Shown here: positions 61,821 through 64,000 of the stretch, one piece after another
How the letters are laid out: each line of letters opens with the position of its first letter
How positions within the stretch are numbered: the first letter of the stretch is position 1
Source of the DNA: Eledone cirrhosa
Taxonomy: Eukaryota
Length of the DNA: 64,000 nt
Direction of reading: 5' to 3'
Assembly (NCBI GenBank): GCA_964016885.1
Contig: OZ024744.1
Span: 132,370,001 to 132,434,000 of the forward strand
Program-made: the position numbers and the translations under genes
The notes under the pieces: generated by a model
Told to the model about the DNA's origin: nothing
What the model saw: only the letters and a program-made list of their open reading frames with translations
The model's database searches: none

Positions 61821-64000
61821 GAAGTTGGGGTTAAGTTAAGTTGGGGTTAACTTAAGTTGGGTTTAAGTTAAGTTGCGGTTAAGTTAAGTTGGGGTTAAGT
61901 TAAGTTGGGGTTAAGTTAAGTCGGGGTTAATTTAAGTTGGGGTTGAGTTAAGTTGAGGTTAATTTAAGTTGAGGTTATGTTAAGTTGGGGTTAATTTAAG
62001 TTGGGGTTAAGTTAAATTGGGGTTAAGTTAAGTTGGGGTTAATTTAAGTTGGGATTAAGTTCAGTTGGGGTTAAATTAAGTTGGGGTTAAGTTAAGCTGG
62101 GGTTAAATTAAGTTGGGGTTAAGTTAAGTTGGGGTTAAGTTAAGTTGGGGTTAAGTTAAGCTAGGGTTAATTTAAGTTGGGGTTATGTTAAGTTGGGGTT
62201 AAGTTAAGTTGGGGTTAAGTCGAGTTGGGGTTAAGTTAAGTTGGGGTTAGTTAAGTTGAGTTTAAGTTAAGTTGGGGTTAATTTAAGTTGGGGTTAAGTT
62301 AAGTTGGGGTTCAGTTAAGTTGGGGTTAAGTTAAGTTGGGGTTAAGTTAAGTTGGTTTAAGTTAAGTTGGGGTTAGGTTAAGTTGGGGATAAGTTAAGTT
62401 GGGGATAAGCTAAGTTGGGGTTAAGTTAAGTTGGGTTTAAGTTAAGTTGGGGTTAAGTTAAGTTAGGCTTAACTTAAGTTGGGGTTAAGTTAAGTTGGGG
62501 GTAAATTAAGTTGGGGGTAAGTTAAGTTGGGGTTAAGTTAAGTTGGGGTTAAGTTAAGTGGTGGTTATGTTAAGTTGGGGTTAAGTTAAGTTGGGGTTAA
62601 ATTAAGTTGGGGTTAAGTTATGTTGGGTGTAAGTTAAGTTGGGGTTGAGTGAAGTTGGGGTTAAGTTAAGTTGGGGTTAAGTTAAGTTAGGGTTAATTTA
62701 AGTTGGGGTTATGTTAAGTTGGGGTTAAGTTAAGTTGGGGTTAAGTAGAGTTGGGGTTAAGTTAAGTTGGGGTTAAGTTAAGTTGGTGTTAAGTTGGGGT
62801 TAAGTTAAGTTGGGGTTAAGTTAAGTCGGGGTTAAGTTAAGTTGGGGTTGAGTTAAGTTGGGGTTAATTTAAGTTGAGGTTATGTTAAGTTGGGGTTAAT
62901 TTAAGTTGGGGTTAATTTAAGTTGGGGTTAAGTTAAGTTGGGGTTAAGTTGAGGTTAAGTTAAGTTGTGGTTAAGTTAAGTTGGGGCTAATTTAAGTTGG
63001 GGCTAAGTTAAGTTGGGGCTAAGTTAAGTTGGGGTTAATTTAAGTTGGGGTTAAGTTAAGTTGGGTTTAATTTAAGTTGGGGTCAACTTAAGTTGGGGTT
63101 AATTTGAGTTGGGGTTAAATTAAGTTGGGGTTAATTTAAGTTGGGGCTAAGTTAAGTTGGGGCTGAGTTAAGTTGGGGTTAAGTTAAGTTGGGGTTAAGT
63201 TAAGTTGGGGTTAAGTTAATTTTGGGTTAAGTTAAGTTGTGGTTCAGTTAAGTTGGGGTTAAGTTAAGTTTGGGTTAATTTGGGTTTAAATTAAGTTGGG
63301 GTTAAGTTAAGTTGGGGTTAAGTTAAGTTGGGGTTAAGTTAAGTTGGGGTTAATTTAAGTTGGGGTTAAGTTAAGTCGGGGTTAAGTTAAGTCGGTGTTA
63401 AGTTAAGTTAGGGTTAAGTTAAGTTGGGGTTAAGTTAAGTTGGCTTTAAGTTAAGCTGGGGTTAAGTTAAGTTGGGGTTAAATTAAGTTTTGGTTAAGTT
63501 AAGTTGGGGTTAGGTTAAGTTTGGGTTAGGTTATATGGGGTTAAATTAAGTTGGGGTTAAGTTAAGTTGGGGTTAAGTTAAGTTGGGGTTAGGTTAAGTT
63601 GGGGATAAGTTAAGTTGGGGATAATTTAAGTTGGGGTTAAGTTAAGTTGGGTTTAAGTTAAGCTGGGGTTAAGTTAAGTTGGGGTTAAATTAAGTTGGGG
63701 TTAAGTTAAGTTGGGGTTAAGTTAAGTTTGGGTTAGGTTAAGTTGGGGATTAGTTAAGTTGGGGATAAGTTAAGTTGGGGTTAAGTTAAGTTGGGTTTAA
63801 GTTAAGTTGTGGTTAAGTTAAGTTGGGGTTAAGTTAAGTTGGGGGTTAAGTTAAGTTGGGGTTAGTTAAGTTTAGTTTAAGTTAAGTTGGGGTTAATTTA
63901 AGTTGGGGTTAAGTTAAGTTGGGGTTCAGTTAAGTTGGGGATAAGTCAAGTTGGGGTTAAGTTAAGTTGGGGTTAAGTTAAGTTGGGGTTAGGTTAAGTT

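Larger units (their letters stand above)
41313..64000 (+). repeat. G-rich 16-bp satellite B, block 2 (truncated by window end)
   Basis: Same monomer and the same order of private variants as block 1; 12 inverted islands. Confidence 0.98.

Noticed and set aside
6491-64000. piggyBac-type TTAA target sites or telomere-specific retrotransposon insertions
   Set aside because: TTAA is intrinsic to the monomer, and no inserted element, terminal repeat or coding sequence interrupts the arrays.

Overview
The whole 64 kb window is non-coding tandem-repeat (satellite) DNA, most plausibly eukaryotic heterochromatin (subtelomeric or centromeric); the organism cannot be determined from the sequence. Two unrelated satellites alternate. 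Satellite A is very AT-rich, with 563-893 bp monomers made of a fixed core plus a variable number of ~37-bp subrepeats (1-6490 and ~28307-41312). Satellite B is a G-rich, telomere-like 16-mer, TTAAG-TTAAG-TTGGGG (6491-~28306 and 41313-64000). The A+B pair is itself a giant tandem macro-repeat: equivalent landmarks are offset by 29,132, 34,822 and 40,914 bp, growing as internal higher-order repeats (5,184 bp in A, ~5.2-5.6 kb in B) are added. Satellite B carries 22 inverted (C-rich) islands that all exit through one shared junction motif (CCAAAGTCGGAGTT, one A-variant). Satellite A carries at least three distinct fold-back (inverted templated) insertions. No credible genes, RNAs, CRISPR arrays or transposase sequences were found; the six identical 82-aa ORFs are a by-product of one fold-back event. 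All coordinates and offsets were counted by hand and may be off by a few bases.
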